Positions 9,534 to 18,531 of a stretch of 64,000 bases of DNA are shown here, piece by piece. Every line of letters begins with the position of its first letter. Within the stretch, counting starts at the first letter, position 1. Position numbers and translations under genes: made by a program. This DNA is from Alphaproteobacteria bacterium (GTDB taxonomy: Bacteria; Pseudomonadota; Alphaproteobacteria; UBA8366): positions 3,672,095-3,736,094 of the forward strand of contig OZ245815.1 of NCBI GenBank assembly GCA_965228425.1. The letters are read 5' to 3'. The notes under the pieces are model-generated. The model was not told the DNA's origin and did not search any database. It saw only the letters and a program-made list of their open reading frames with translations.

Positions 9534-10433
9534 ATGGCCGACCAATCGTGGTTTTCCGATTTTCCGGAAATGGACCGGGCCGATCTTGTTGCCCTTCGCA
9601 AGTTCCTCGACAACGCCTATCGGGAGTTCTCCCGGTCTTACGGCGACGGCGTCGAGACGTTCTTCAGTCCGCTTCTGTATTTCCTGGTGTGGTTCGAGAA
9701 ACTCCTGCTGGCGACGCCGTGGCTTTTGGTGATCGCGGTCCTGGTCGGCATCGCCTATCGGGTGAGTCGCTCGATCAAGCTGACGGCGGGCGTCACCCTC
9801 GCCTTTTTGCTGATCGGGTATTTCGGCATGTGGGACGACACCATGCGGACCCTCAGTATCATCACCGTGGCGACGCTGCTGTCGATTATCCTGGGTGTTC
9901 CCATCGGAATCATGATGGCGCGCTCGGACCGGGTGCAGAAAATGATCACGCCGATCCTGGATATCATGCAGACGATGCCGGCCTTCGTGTATCTGATCCC
10001 GGTTGTCATGCTGTTGGGTATCGGCAAGGTGCCCGGCGTCATCGCCGTGGTCGTCTATGCCATCCCGCCGCTGATCCGGCTGACCAATCTCGGCATCCGG
10101 CTGGTCGACCGGGATGTACAGGAAGCCGCCGTCGCCTTTGGCGCGAAACCCTTGCAGCGCCTGCTCAGCGTTCAACTGCCGCTGGCGACTCCGACGATCA
10201 TGGCGGGCATCAACCAGACCATCATGATGGCGCTGGGCATGGTGGTCATCGCGTCGATGATTGGGGTGCAAGGCCTGGGGCAACCGGTGTTGAAATCGAT
10301 CACCAACCAGTATTTCACGATGGGCTTACTCAATGGTCTCGCCATTGTCGCCATCGCAATCACCTTCGACCGCATTTCGCAGGCCTACGCGAAGCGCAGC
10401 CAGCAGCACCTGCAAGGCGCGCCCGGTGACTGA
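9534..10433 (+). CDS. proW: betaine-type ABC transporter permease
   Basis: ProW-like TM pattern and the EAA-type loop AVAFGAKPLQRLLSVQLPLATPTIMAGINQ. ATG at 9534 is preceded by AAGGA; the ORF opens at TTG 9510. Confidence 0.88.
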   Translation: MADQSWFSDFPEMDRADLVALRKFLDNAYREFSRSYGDGVETFFSPLLYFLVWFEKLLLATPWLLVIAVLVGIAYRVSRSIKLTAGVTLAFLLIGYFGMWDDTMRTLSIITVATLLSIILGVPIGIMMARSDRVQKMITPILDIMQTMPAFVYLIPVVMLLGIGKVPGVIAVVVYAIPPLIRLTNLGIRLVDRDVQEAAVAFGAKPLQRLLSVQLPLATPTIMAGINQTIMMALGMVVIASMIGVQGLGQPVLKSITNQYFTMGLLNGLAIVAIAITFDRISQAYAKRSQQHLQGAPGD

Positions 10434-11604
10434 GCCGTTGATCCGCATCGCGAACCTTTACAAAGTCTTCGGCGGATCGCCCGAAACCGTGATGCCGATG
10501 GTCCGCGAGGGCCGTTCCAAAGAGGACATTCTCGCCGAGACGGGCCATACGGTCGGCCTGCGCGATATCAACCTCGAGATCGAGCGTGGGTCGATCTTCG
10601 TCATCATGGGCCTGTCCGGGTCGGGAAAGTCCACGCTGATCCGCCATTTCAACCGCCTGATCGACCCGACCGAGGGGACGGTGACCGTGGACGGCGTCGA
10701 CGTGACCCGCCTCGACGCACAAGCGTTGCAGGAGCTTCGTCGGCACAAGATGTCGATGGTCTTTCAGCGCTTCGCTCTCTTGCCCCATCGCACCGTCCTG
10801 GAAAACGTCGCCTTCGGTCTCGCGATCCAAAAGACGGCGGCCGACGAGCGAAACGATAGAGCCCGCGAACGGCTGCGAATGGTCGGCCTGGAGGGATACG
10901 AGGATCAGTACCCGGCCCAACTCTCCGGCGGCGAGCAGCAGCGGGTGGGCCTAGCCCGGGCGCTCTGCACCGACCCCGAAATCCTGCTGATGGACGAAGC
11001 GTTCTCCGCCCTCGACCCGCTGATCCGATCGGATCTGCAGAAGCAGTTGCTGGATTTGCATGGCACGTTGCGGAAAACCATTGTGTTCATCACCCACGAC
11101 CTGGACGAGGCGCTGCGGCTCGGCGACAGGATCGCGATCCTCAAGGACGGCGCGCTATCCCAGGTCGGGCGACCGGAGGAAATTCTTCTCGATCCTGCAG
11201 ACGATTACGTGGAAGCCTTCGTCAAAGACGTGAATCGCGCCCGCGCTCTCACGGTCGGGGCGGTGATGGATCCACCGGCCTGCCAGCTCACGGCGGCAAC
11301 ACTAAGCGACGCAAAGGCAAAGATGCGCGGTCGGACCACGGATTTTGGTTATCTATTCCAGGACGGTTCCTACAAGGGCGTGGTGACCCGGAAGGCGCTC
11401 GCGCAAACAGAGGGGGACAAGGATGATGTCTTAGCCGCACTGGCCGAATCCGGTCCGGCGTTGAGCCCGGACACGCCGCTTCAGGAGGCGCTGACCACGG
11501 CGCTGGAATCGGCCTATCCCGTGCCGGTGGTTTCTGACGATGATGAGTTTCTAGGGGTCCTACCGGCAAGAAAATTGGCGCAAGTCTTGGCCGGCGACAG
11601 CTAA
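10426..11604 (+). CDS. proV: betaine-type ABC transporter ATP-binding protein with a C-terminal CBS pair
   Basis: Walker A GLSGSGKST, signature LSGGEQQRVGLAR and Walker B ILLMDEAFSALD, followed by a ~120-aa CBS-like tail. The GTG start overlaps the proW stop. Confidence 0.9.
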   Translation: MTEPLIRIANLYKVFGGSPETVMPMVREGRSKEDILAETGHTVGLRDINLEIERGSIFVIMGLSGSGKSTLIRHFNRLIDPTEGTVTVDGVDVTRLDAQALQELRRHKMSMVFQRFALLPHRTVLENVAFGLAIQKTAADERNDRARERLRMVGLEGYEDQYPAQLSGGEQQRVGLARALCTDPEILLMDEAFSALDPLIRSDLQKQLLDLHGTLRKTIVFITHDLDEALRLGDRIAILKDGALSQVGRPEEILLDPADDYVEAFVKDVNRARALTVGAVMDPPACQLTAATLSDAKAKMRGRTTDFGYLFQDGSYKGVVTRKALAQTEGDKDDVLAALAESGPALSPDTPLQEALTTALESAYPVPVVSDDDEFLGVLPARKLAQVLAGDS

Positions 11605-11625
11605 GGCGGGCGCCAAGGAACAGGT

Positions 11626-12225
11626 GTGACAATGACGGCACGCAGCACGGCACTGCAAATCTTCTTCGATACGATGCACGACGCTATACGGTCGCGGACG
11701 CAACCGACCGATCCCGCCGCCCGGGCCGCCGACCATATATTCCCGGCACTCGCGGAACCAGGTCCGTCCAGACGGCATCCGCCAAAGCAGGTGCCGGCCT
11801 GCCGCCATCTCGACGACGCGCTTGCAGCCGCCACGCAGGCAGGCACGCCGGGTTCCGAACACGCCCGGGCGCTCGGCGCCCTCGCCCCCGATCTCGCCTG
11901 GTACACCCGCGCCGGATCGGACGGCGCCGACGCGCACTTCGCAACCGGCCACGCCAACGCGACGATCGTCGGAAAAGGCGGCCTCGAGGAATGTCCGAAG
12001 GTACGGATCGGCGTGAGCCTTCTCGCCCCGGCCGTGCGCTATCCCGATCACCGGCATCCGCCGGAGGAAGTCTATGTGCCGCTTTCCCCCGGTGCGTGGC
12101 GGCAAGAAGACGGCCCTTGGCGGGAACCCGGACCCGACGGCATCGTCTATAACCCGCCGAACATCCTGCATGCGATGCGCGCAGCGTCCGTGCCGTTGCT
12201 GGCGACGTGGTGTCTATGGGGCTGA
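11626..12225 (+). CDS. cupin-fold protein, DMSP-lyase (DddL-like) family candidate
   Basis: Cupin metal motif YPDHRHPPEEVYVPLSPG plus C-terminal YNPPNILHAMRAASVPLLATWCLW. This matches my recollection of the DddL family pattern (HxHxxxxEVY ... HPPNxxHAM...PLLAxWxW). Confidence 0.5.
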   Translation: MTMTARSTALQIFFDTMHDAIRSRTQPTDPAARAADHIFPALAEPGPSRRHPPKQVPACRHLDDALAAATQAGTPGSEHARALGALAPDLAWYTRAGSDGADAHFATGHANATIVGKGGLEECPKVRIGVSLLAPAVRYPDHRHPPEEVYVPLSPGAWRQEDGPWREPGPDGIVYNPPNILHAMRAASVPLLATWCLWG

Positions 12226-12306
12226 AACGGCGATTGCAACCGGCACGAATCGCTATATACCACTGCCTAATCAGGCATCGAAAAACCGGTACGGGACACA
12301 GACACC

Positions 12307-13326
12307 ATGATCGACGCAACGCTGCTGCCGGGCGACGGGATCGGTCCGGAAATTACCGAGGCCGTGGTCGACATTCTCGATCACCTGGGCGCGCCCTTTA
12401 AGTGGGACACGCAAGTTGCCGGGCTTGCCGCGATCGACGAAGGCGGCGACCCGCTGCCGCAGGAAACGCTGGACAGCATCAAACGCACCGGTCTCGCCCT
12501 GAAGGGGCCGCTAACGACCCCGATCGGCGGCGGCTTCAAGTCCATTAACGTGCGCCTGCGACAGGAATTCGAACTCTACGCCAATGTCCGCCCGGCGAAG
12601 ACGATTATGCCCGGCGGCCGTTTCGAGGGCGTCGATCTGGTCATCATGCGGGAGAATCTGGAGGGCCTGTACGCGGTCGATGAACGGTTCGAAGCGCGCG
12701 GCGACGATCCGAAGGCGGTGGCCTTTTCCTCCGGCTACAACACCCGGGTGGAATGTCGCCGCATCGCCGAGTTCGCCTTCGACTACGCCGTCCGCCACAA
12801 GCGCAAACGGGTCACCATCGTCCACAAGGCCAACATCCTGAAGGCGTTGAGCGGATTGTTCCTGGAGGAATCGCTAGCGGTGGCGAAGGAATACGAAGGC
12901 CGGGTCGAGACCGACGACCGCATCGTCGACGCCTGCGCCATGCAACTCGCGATGAACCCGGAACAGTTCGACATCCTGGTCACGACCAATCTGTTCGGCG
13001 ACATCCTCTCGGACCTCGCCGCGGGTATCACCGGCGGTCTCGGCTTGGCCCCGGGCGCCAACATCGGTGAGGACGCCGCCATCTTCGAGGCGGTGCACGG
13101 CTCGGCGCCGGACATCGCCGGCCAAGGCAAGGCAAACCCCTGCGCTCTGCTCATGGCATCGGCGCTAATGCTGGATCATGTCGGTCAGACCGACCTGGCG
13201 ACGCGCATTCGCGACGCGGTCCAAGCTACGTTGCAGGGACCGAAAGACAGACTGACAGGCGACCTCGGCGGCACGGGCATGACGCGGGACATCACCGCCG
13301 CGATCAAGGACAATTTGCCCGCTTAG
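12307..13326 (+). CDS. isocitrate/isopropylmalate dehydrogenase family protein (NAD-IDH-like)
   Basis: LLPGDGIGPEI, LKGPLTTP, NVRLRQEFELYANVRP, IMRENLEGLY, NLFGDILSDLAAG. Confidence 0.88.
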   Translation: MIDATLLPGDGIGPEITEAVVDILDHLGAPFKWDTQVAGLAAIDEGGDPLPQETLDSIKRTGLALKGPLTTPIGGGFKSINVRLRQEFELYANVRPAKTIMPGGRFEGVDLVIMRENLEGLYAVDERFEARGDDPKAVAFSSGYNTRVECRRIAEFAFDYAVRHKRKRVTIVHKANILKALSGLFLEESLAVAKEYEGRVETDDRIVDACAMQLAMNPEQFDILVTTNLFGDILSDLAAGITGGLGLAPGANIGEDAAIFEAVHGSAPDIAGQGKANPCALLMASALMLDHVGQTDLATRIRDAVQATLQGPKDRLTGDLGGTGMTRDITAAIKDNLPA

Positions 13327-14723
13327 ACAGCCGGCGCGGCCATGATCCGGATCAGCTCGTCGACTGTCGGCTGACTTTCCAAGGCCTGAACCAATCCGAT
13401 CAGGTCTTCGACCTGCGCCGCCGATAGGCACGACCGCACGACATCCCGGAACTTACGCTCGACATCATCGGCCGATAGCGGGTTCTCGGCGCTGCCGCGC
13501 CGATTGAGAATTTCGGCATCGAGAGTCCGGCCATCTTGGGTCCGCACCGATACGCGCGCGGCATGCCGGAAGGCCGCGCCCATCGCCTCGATCTCCGGGT
13601 CGATCCGCGCCGTGATCCGGCCGATGAAGTCCAGGACCGCCGGATCCTGCAACCGGTCCTCCCGGTATTGTTCGACGAAGGCATTCCCATCGATCGCGAT
13701 CATCGCCAGGCCGAAATACAAATTCATCTGCGCCGCTGTCAGGCCCTGCGCTTTGTATTCCCAGGCGCAATGCACATAAGTCGCTTCACTGATCGCCACG
13801 TCGACCGCGGCGATATCGTCAGCATTCAGGCCATTGTCGCGAATGATCTGAAGCAGCGCATCCAGCGCCGTGTGGATGCTGGTCACGGCGGCGTACGGCT
13901 TGAACCCGACATTCGATACTTCCCACACGCTGCCAAGCCCGGCGGTGAGTTTCTCCGGCGCCGGGTTATCGGAATGCGTCACAAGATACCCGCCATAGGC
14001 CGCTTCCAGCACGTCTTCGACGCCGGTGAAGCCGCGTTGGGCCAGTTGCGCCGAATAAATCCCGCTCTGCGCGGCGCGGCCGGAGTGCAGCCGTTTCACC
14101 ATCGCCCCCTCCTGCGCCGCCATGAGGCCGCCCGCCTGAGAGCCGACGATGCCGAGGCAGTGCAGCGTCCGGTCGGTGTCGAGGCCGAGCATGCGGGCCG
14201 CCGTGGCCGCCGCCACGAACGCGCCGGACGTACCCTGCGGGTGGAATCCGTTCAGGAGCAACCGCACCGTCGCCGCGTTACCCACGCGCGCGCCGACCTC
14301 ATACCCCGCGACGATCGCCGTGATCAGCGCCTGCCCGCTCGCCGAACCCTGCGCCTCGGCCAAAGCCAACGCCACCGGAAACGCCAAGGATCCGGGATGG
14401 ATGATCGATTCCTTATGGATGTCGTCCAGTTCGAAGGCATGACCCGCCGTGCTGTTGACCAGCACCGCGTTGGCCGCCGACGTCTTCGTACCGCTCCCGA
14501 AGATCGACGCTTCCGCCCGCGCGCCTTCGGCCTCCACCATACCCTGCACATGCCGCGTCCATGGCAGCGTCGCACCGTGTAGGCACACGCCGATACTGTC
14601 CAGGATCGACAGCTTGATATGGCGGATCACCTCAGCCGGAATATCGTCGAACTGCAGGGTCGCGGCGAACCGCGCCAAATCGCGCGTCGCGTTAAGTAGT
14701 AGAGGTGGTTTGGATGCGCTCAT
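13323..14723 (-). CDS. MmgE/PrpD family protein (2-methylcitrate dehydratase-like)
   Basis: 466 aa, with FAATLQFDDIPAEVIRHIKLSILDSIGV and HPGS...GFHPQGTSG, typical of PrpD/MmgE. Convergent with the IDH-like gene, with a 4-nt overlap. Confidence 0.85.
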   Translation of the reverse strand: MSASKPPLLLNATRDLARFAATLQFDDIPAEVIRHIKLSILDSIGVCLHGATLPWTRHVQGMVEAEGARAEASIFGSGTKTSAANAVLVNSTAGHAFELDDIHKESIIHPGSLAFPVALALAEAQGSASGQALITAIVAGYEVGARVGNAATVRLLLNGFHPQGTSGAFVAAATAARMLGLDTDRTLHCLGIVGSQAGGLMAAQEGAMVKRLHSGRAAQSGIYSAQLAQRGFTGVEDVLEAAYGGYLVTHSDNPAPEKLTAGLGSVWEVSNVGFKPYAAVTSIHTALDALLQIIRDNGLNADDIAAVDVAISEATYVHCAWEYKAQGLTAAQMNLYFGLAMIAIDGNAFVEQYREDRLQDPAVLDFIGRITARIDPEIEAMGAAFRHAARVSVRTQDGRTLDAEILNRRGSAENPLSADDVERKFRDVVRSCLSAAQVEDLIGLVQALESQPTVDELIRIMAAPAV

Positions 14724-14794
14724 GGGGAAATCTTTCGGGGCGGCATTCAGGGTCGCCCCAACTTACCGCAACCTCACCCGACTCTTGAAACCGC

Positions 14795-17017
14795 CTACCG
14801 GAACCGGTTGGTCTTCGAGAAGCCGCGCGGCACGACCCGGCCCGCCTGGGCACGCTTGCCGATCCAGTTCTCCAGCTTTGTCTCGGTCCGCGTGCGGTCA
14901 CCGATCTGCCAAGATAGGCCCTCCTCCATCGTGAAGGAGGTCACGTCGGCCAACCCGCCCTTGTTGAAGCGCTGCAGGATGACTCCGCGGCCGCGGCTCA
15001 TTTCCGGCAATTCCTCGGCGGGAAAGATCAGCAGCTTGCGGTTGTCGCCGACGACGGCCACATGGTCGCCCTTGAAGATCGCGCAGGCGGTCGCCTCGGC
15101 GCTGGCGCCGAGATTGAGCACTTGTTTGCCGCCGCGTGTCTGCGCGACGACATCCTTCTCCGCGACCACGAAGCCCCGCCCGTCGCTCGACGCCACGATG
15201 CGTTTCTGTTCCGGATCGTGCACGCTGAGCGCAACCACGTTGTGCTCGTTGCCGAGATCGATCATCAGGCTCAACGGCTCGCCGAATCCGCGCCCGCCCG
15301 GCAGCTTGTCGACGCTGATCGTGTAGAAACGGCCATTGGTGGCGAACAGGATGAGCTTGTCGGTGGTCTGCGCGTGGAAGGCGAAGCGGTGACGGTCGCC
15401 TTCCTTGTATTTCACATCGCCGAACTTCTCGAGATGTCCGCGCGCCGCGCGAATCCAACCTTTTTCGGAACACAGCACGGTTACCGGCTCGCGCTCGATC
15501 ATCGCTTCGAGCGGGATCACGACCGCCGACGGTGCGTCGCCCAACTCGGTGCGGCGGCGGCCGAGGTCGGTGTCCGGACCAAACGCCTTCTTCATCTCGG
15601 TGATTTCACCGGCGACCTTCTTCCAGCGCAGTTTCGCGTCCTTGAGCAGTTTCTTCAGGCCCTTGCGTTCCTCGGTCAGGGCGTCGTGCTCGTTCTGGAT
15701 CTCCATCTCTTCGAGCTTGCGCAAATGCCGCAAGCGCATGTTGAGGATGGCTTCCGCCTGCACCTCGGTCAGCTTGAACGCCTTGATCAACTCGGCCTTA
15801 GGATCGTCCTCTTCGCGGATGATCCGGATCACCTCGTCGAGATTGAGATAGGCGATCAGCAAACCACCCAGCACCTCGAGGCGATGCTCGATCTTCTCCA
15901 GCCGGTGCTTGCTGCGCCGGATCAACACGTCGTGCCGGTGATCCAGGAAAGCCTGCAGGACTTCGCGCAGGTTCATCACCCGCGGCGTCACGCCCTGGTC
16001 CAACACGTTCATGTTCAACGAAAAGCGCGATTCCAGATCGGTCTGCCGGAACAGGCTTTCCATCAGATGGTCCGGATCGACGTTGCGGCTCTTCGGCTCC
16101 AGGACGAGGCGGACCTCGGTCGTCGATTCGTCATGCACGTCGCCGAGCATGGTGAGCTTGCGGGCATGCATCAGTTCGGCGATCTTCTCGATCAGCTTCG
16201 CCTTCTGTACCTGATACGGCATCCCCGTGACGATCACGCGATAGCCGCCGCCCTTGATCTTCTCGACCTCATAGCTGGCGCGCACCCGGAAACTGCCGCG
16301 CCCGGTCTTGTACGCCTCGACGATGGCGTCGCGGTTTTCACACAGCACGCCGCCGGTCGGGAAATCCGGTCCGGGGATCAGGTCGACCAGCTTGGCGACG
16401 GTCGCCTTCGGGAACTTGATGAGATGCAACAGCCCGTTGCAGATTTCAGCCACGTTATGCGGCGGGATGCTCGTCGCCATGCCGACGGCGATGCCCGCCG
16501 CCCCGTTCGCCAGCAGGTTCGGGAAATTCGCCGGCAGCACGACGGGTTCGTCGCCCTCGCCGTCATAGGTGCCGCGAAAGTCGACCGCGTCCTCGTCGAT
16601 GCCCTCGAGCAGCCGCTTCGCGACGTCGGTCATGCGCGCCTCGGTATAGCGCATCGCCGCCGCGTTATCGCCGTCGATATTGCCGAAGTTGCCCTGACCG
16701 TCGACCAGCGGGTAGCGCACCGCGAAATCCTGCGCCAACCGCACCATCGCGTCGTAGATCGCCGCGTCGCCATGCGGATGATATTTGCCCATCACGTCGC
16801 CGACGATGCGCGCGCATTTCTTGAACCCGGATTCGGGATTCAGGCGCAGTTCGCGCATTGCATGCAGCAGCCGCCGGTGCACGGGCTTCAGGCCGTCGCG
16901 CACATCCGGCAGCGACCGCGCCATGATCGTCGACAGCGCATAGGACAGATACCGCTCGCCCAGCGCGTCGGCCAATGGGACCGGGCGCACCTCGCCCGTG
17001 GATTTCGCTTTCGCCAT
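14795..17017 (-). CDS. parC: DNA topoisomerase IV subunit A
   Basis: [40 protein letters not shown], and active-site [10 protein letters not shown]. The ~740-aa length fits the alphaproteobacterial ParC type. ATG at 17017 (MAKAKS...). Confidence 0.9.
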   Translation of the reverse strand: MAKAKSTGEVRPVPLADALGERYLSYALSTIMARSLPDVRDGLKPVHRRLLHAMRELRLNPESGFKKCARIVGDVMGKYHPHGDAAIYDAMVRLAQDFAVRYPLVDGQGNFGNIDGDNAAAMRYTEARMTDVAKRLLEGIDEDAVDFRGTYDGEGDEPVVLPANFPNLLANGAAGIAVGMATSIPPHNVAEICNGLLHLIKFPKATVAKLVDLIPGPDFPTGGVLCENRDAIVEAYKTGRGSFRVRASYEVEKIKGGGYRVIVTGMPYQVQKAKLIEKIAELMHARKLTMLGDVHDESTTEVRLVLEPKSRNVDPDHLMESLFRQTDLESRFSLNMNVLDQGVTPRVMNLREVLQAFLDHRHDVLIRRSKHRLEKIEHRLEVLGGLLIAYLNLDEVIRIIREEDDPKAELIKAFKLTEVQAEAILNMRLRHLRKLEEMEIQNEHDALTEERKGLKKLLKDAKLRWKKVAGEITEMKKAFGPDTDLGRRRTELGDAPSAVVIPLEAMIEREPVTVLCSEKGWIRAARGHLEKFGDVKYKEGDRHRFAFHAQTTDKLILFATNGRFYTISVDKLPGGRGFGEPLSLMIDLGNEHNVVALSVHDPEQKRIVASSDGRGFVVAEKDVVAQTRGGKQVLNLGASAEATACAIFKGDHVAVVGDNRKLLIFPAEELPEMSRGRGVILQRFNKGGLADVTSFTMEEGLSWQIGDRTRTETKLENWIGKRAQAGRVVPRGFSKTNRFR

Positions 17018-17093
17018 GTGTCCGTTCAAATCCCCCGCTCGTGAGACACGAGATATTGATAGCACGCGCGGTCATAGACGCAAGGGGTTGTGG

Positions 17094-17186
17094 TTACGCC
17101 CTGTCGCGGTCCACCTCCGTGAAATCGTCCTCGGCCGCAAAAAGCGCCTCGATGACCGGGCAAACCGCCACCGCGCCGTCTTCGCA
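17094..17186 (-). pseudogene. in-frame post-stop continuation of the MerR gene, encoding the missing C-x7-C metal loop
   Basis: My own translation of the minus strand directly after TAA (17189-17187) gives CEDGAVAVCPVIEALFAAEDDFTEVDRDRA, then TAA at 17096-17094. The C-x7-C-P-V-I-E-A-L pattern is CueR-type. GC3 stays high. Confidence 0.7.
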
Positions 17187-17537
17187 TTACTCGGCCAGCT
17201 GCCGCAACGCGCGGTCCATTCGCTCCAGATCATCGATTTTCCGCCGGATATCCCGGGCATGGGCCAACGTGATCTCCCGCACCTGCTCGCAGCTCGGCGC
17301 CCCCGCACCGGTTAGACCGAGAAGGCTGCGGATTTCATCCAGCGAAAAGCCCAGATTTCGGGCGCGGCGGATGAATACCAACCGCTTCACATGCTCCGGG
17401 GCATACAGCCGGTGCCGCCCGGCGGTCCGCGGCGGCGGGGACAGCAGCCCGATTCGCTCGTAGTAGCGGATCGTCTCGACCTTGCAGCCGGATATCCGCG
17501 ACACCTCGCCGATGGCCAACGATGTCTGTTCGGTCAT
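17187..17537 (-). CDS. MerR-family (CueR/HmrR-like) regulator, truncated at 116 aa by a TAA in front of its metal-binding loop
   Basis: wHTH LAIGEVSRISGCKVETIRYYERIGLL, then RRARNLGFSLDEIRSLL and the dimerisation helix, ending ...ALRQLAE-TAA. See the separate feature and finding for the in-frame continuation. Confidence 0.85.
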   Translation of the reverse strand: MTEQTSLAIGEVSRISGCKVETIRYYERIGLLSPPPRTAGRHRLYAPEHVKRLVFIRRARNLGFSLDEIRSLLGLTGAGAPSCEQVREITLAHARDIRRKIDDLERMDRALRQLAE

Positions 17538-17548
17538 GAATTTCGCCC

Positions 17549-17579
17549 TTGAATCTATAGTCGCTACAGATTGTATGGT
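17549..17579 (+). promoter_or_regulatory. MerR-type promoter/operator for the merF-like operon
   Basis: -35 TTGAAT (17549-17554), a 19-bp spacer, and -10 TATGGT (17574-17579). The spacer holds the dyad ATCTATAG-tcg-CTACAGAT (17553-17571, one mismatch). It sits in the divergent MerR/merF intergenic region. Confidence 0.7.
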
Positions 17580-17642
17580 GATCGCCAGCCCATTCAAGAC
17601 GGCACACAAATTTACAATGTTCTGAAACGGACCGGCCGAACC

Positions 17643-17849
17643 ATGAACAACCAATCCCTTCTGCGCACCGGCGTCATCGGAAGCACCGTCGCGGCGATCT
17701 GCTGCTTCACGCCGGCGCTGGTCATTTTGTTCGGTGCGCTCGGCCTGTCCTCGATGGTCGGTATCCTCGATTATGTGCTGCTGCCAGCCTTGGCAGTCTT
17801 CCTGGCGATCACGGGCTACGCGCTCTGGAAACGGCGGGAGGCAAGCTGA
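17643..17849 (+). CDS. merF: MerF-like mercuric/heavy-metal ion transporter (2 TM, single vicinal Cys pair)
   Basis: LLRTGVIGSTVAAICCFTPALVILFGALGLSSMVGILDYVLLPALAVF closely matches my recollection of MerF (LLRVSIIGTTLVALCCFTPVLVILLG...LDYVLLPALAIF). It ends at KRREAS without the C-terminal CC pair. Confidence 0.75.
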   Translation: MNNQSLLRTGVIGSTVAAICCFTPALVILFGALGLSSMVGILDYVLLPALAVFLAITGYALWKRREAS

Positions 17850-18067
17850 TGCACGTTTTCTCGACCCTCACCTGCCCCGACTGCGGTTACAAAAGCCTCG
17901 AAGAGATGCCGACGAACGCTTGCGTCTATTTTCACGAATGCAACTCCTGCAAGACGCTGCTCAAGCCGCAACCGGGCGACTGCTGCGTCTTCTGCTCCTA
18001 CGGCGACGTACCCTGCCCGCCGATCCAGACCGGCGGCGGATGCTGCGGCGTGGGCGAGCCGGGTTAA
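17849..18067 (+). CDS. GDCCVxC-domain Cys-rich small protein (11 Cys in 72 aa)
   Basis: CPDC...C...ECNSC...GDCCVFC...CPP...GGGCCG. Its ATG shares one nt with the merF-like TGA (TGATG at 17847-17851), consistent with translational coupling. Confidence 0.75.
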   Translation: MHVFSTLTCPDCGYKSLEEMPTNACVYFHECNSCKTLLKPQPGDCCVFCSYGDVPCPPIQTGGGCCGVGEPG

Positions 18068-18519
18068 GCCCGCTTTTCCGGCTTGCCGTGATCGTCGGTG
18101 AGACAATGATCGTGGGTGTAGTCCGACAGGACTTCGATGACGCGGCAGTCGCCGACCTGGCCGTGGCGGCAATCGTGGACCATGCGCTCCAACTCGGTTT
18201 TCAAAGCGTTCAGGCGTTCGATCCGCGCCTCCACCGCCGCCAGGTGCTCGCGGGCGATGCGGTCGACATCGGCGCAGGGGCGTTCGGGATCGTCGCTCAA
18301 CGCCAGCATTTCACGGATCTGGTCGAGCGGAAATCCCAGCTCGCGGGCATGGCGGATGAACCCGAGGCGGGCGATATGCGCCGGTCCGTAGCGGCGCTGG
18401 TTCCCGGATGTCCGTAACGGGGCCGGCATAAGGCCGACCTCCTCGTAATAGCGGACCGTTTGCACCTTACAGCCGGTTTCCCGGGCCAGAACGCCGATAG
18501 AGAGGACTTTGCCGTCCAT
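18064..18519 (-). CDS. MerR-family heavy-metal-responsive regulator (ZntR/CadR-like, full length)
   Basis: wHTH IGVLARETGCKVQTVRYYEEVGLM, Cys at RPCADV, and a C-terminal Cys/His loop HDCRHGQVGDCRVIEVLSDYTHDHC. Confidence 0.88.
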   Translation of the reverse strand: MDGKVLSIGVLARETGCKVQTVRYYEEVGLMPAPLRTSGNQRRYGPAHIARLGFIRHARELGFPLDQIREMLALSDDPERPCADVDRIAREHLAAVEARIERLNALKTELERMVHDCRHGQVGDCRVIEVLSDYTHDHCLTDDHGKPEKRA

Positions 18520-18531
18520 GTCGTTTTCCCC

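Noticed and set aside
15062-17044. 660-aa ORF antisense to parC. Similar very long antisense or shadow ORFs include 36786..38360 opposite spoT, 42255..43955 opposite slt, 8320..9522 opposite proX, 23252..24889 opposite rnc/lepB, 31370..32356 opposite ppk2, 60583..61887 opposite the hydrolase/CoA-transferase genes, and 62748..63722 opposite the TauD-like gene.
   Set aside because: These are typical stop-codon-poor shadow frames of a high-GC genome. Their products are Arg/Ala/Gly/Pro-rich low-complexity strings with no recognisable motifs, whereas the opposite strand encodes unmistakable conserved proteins.
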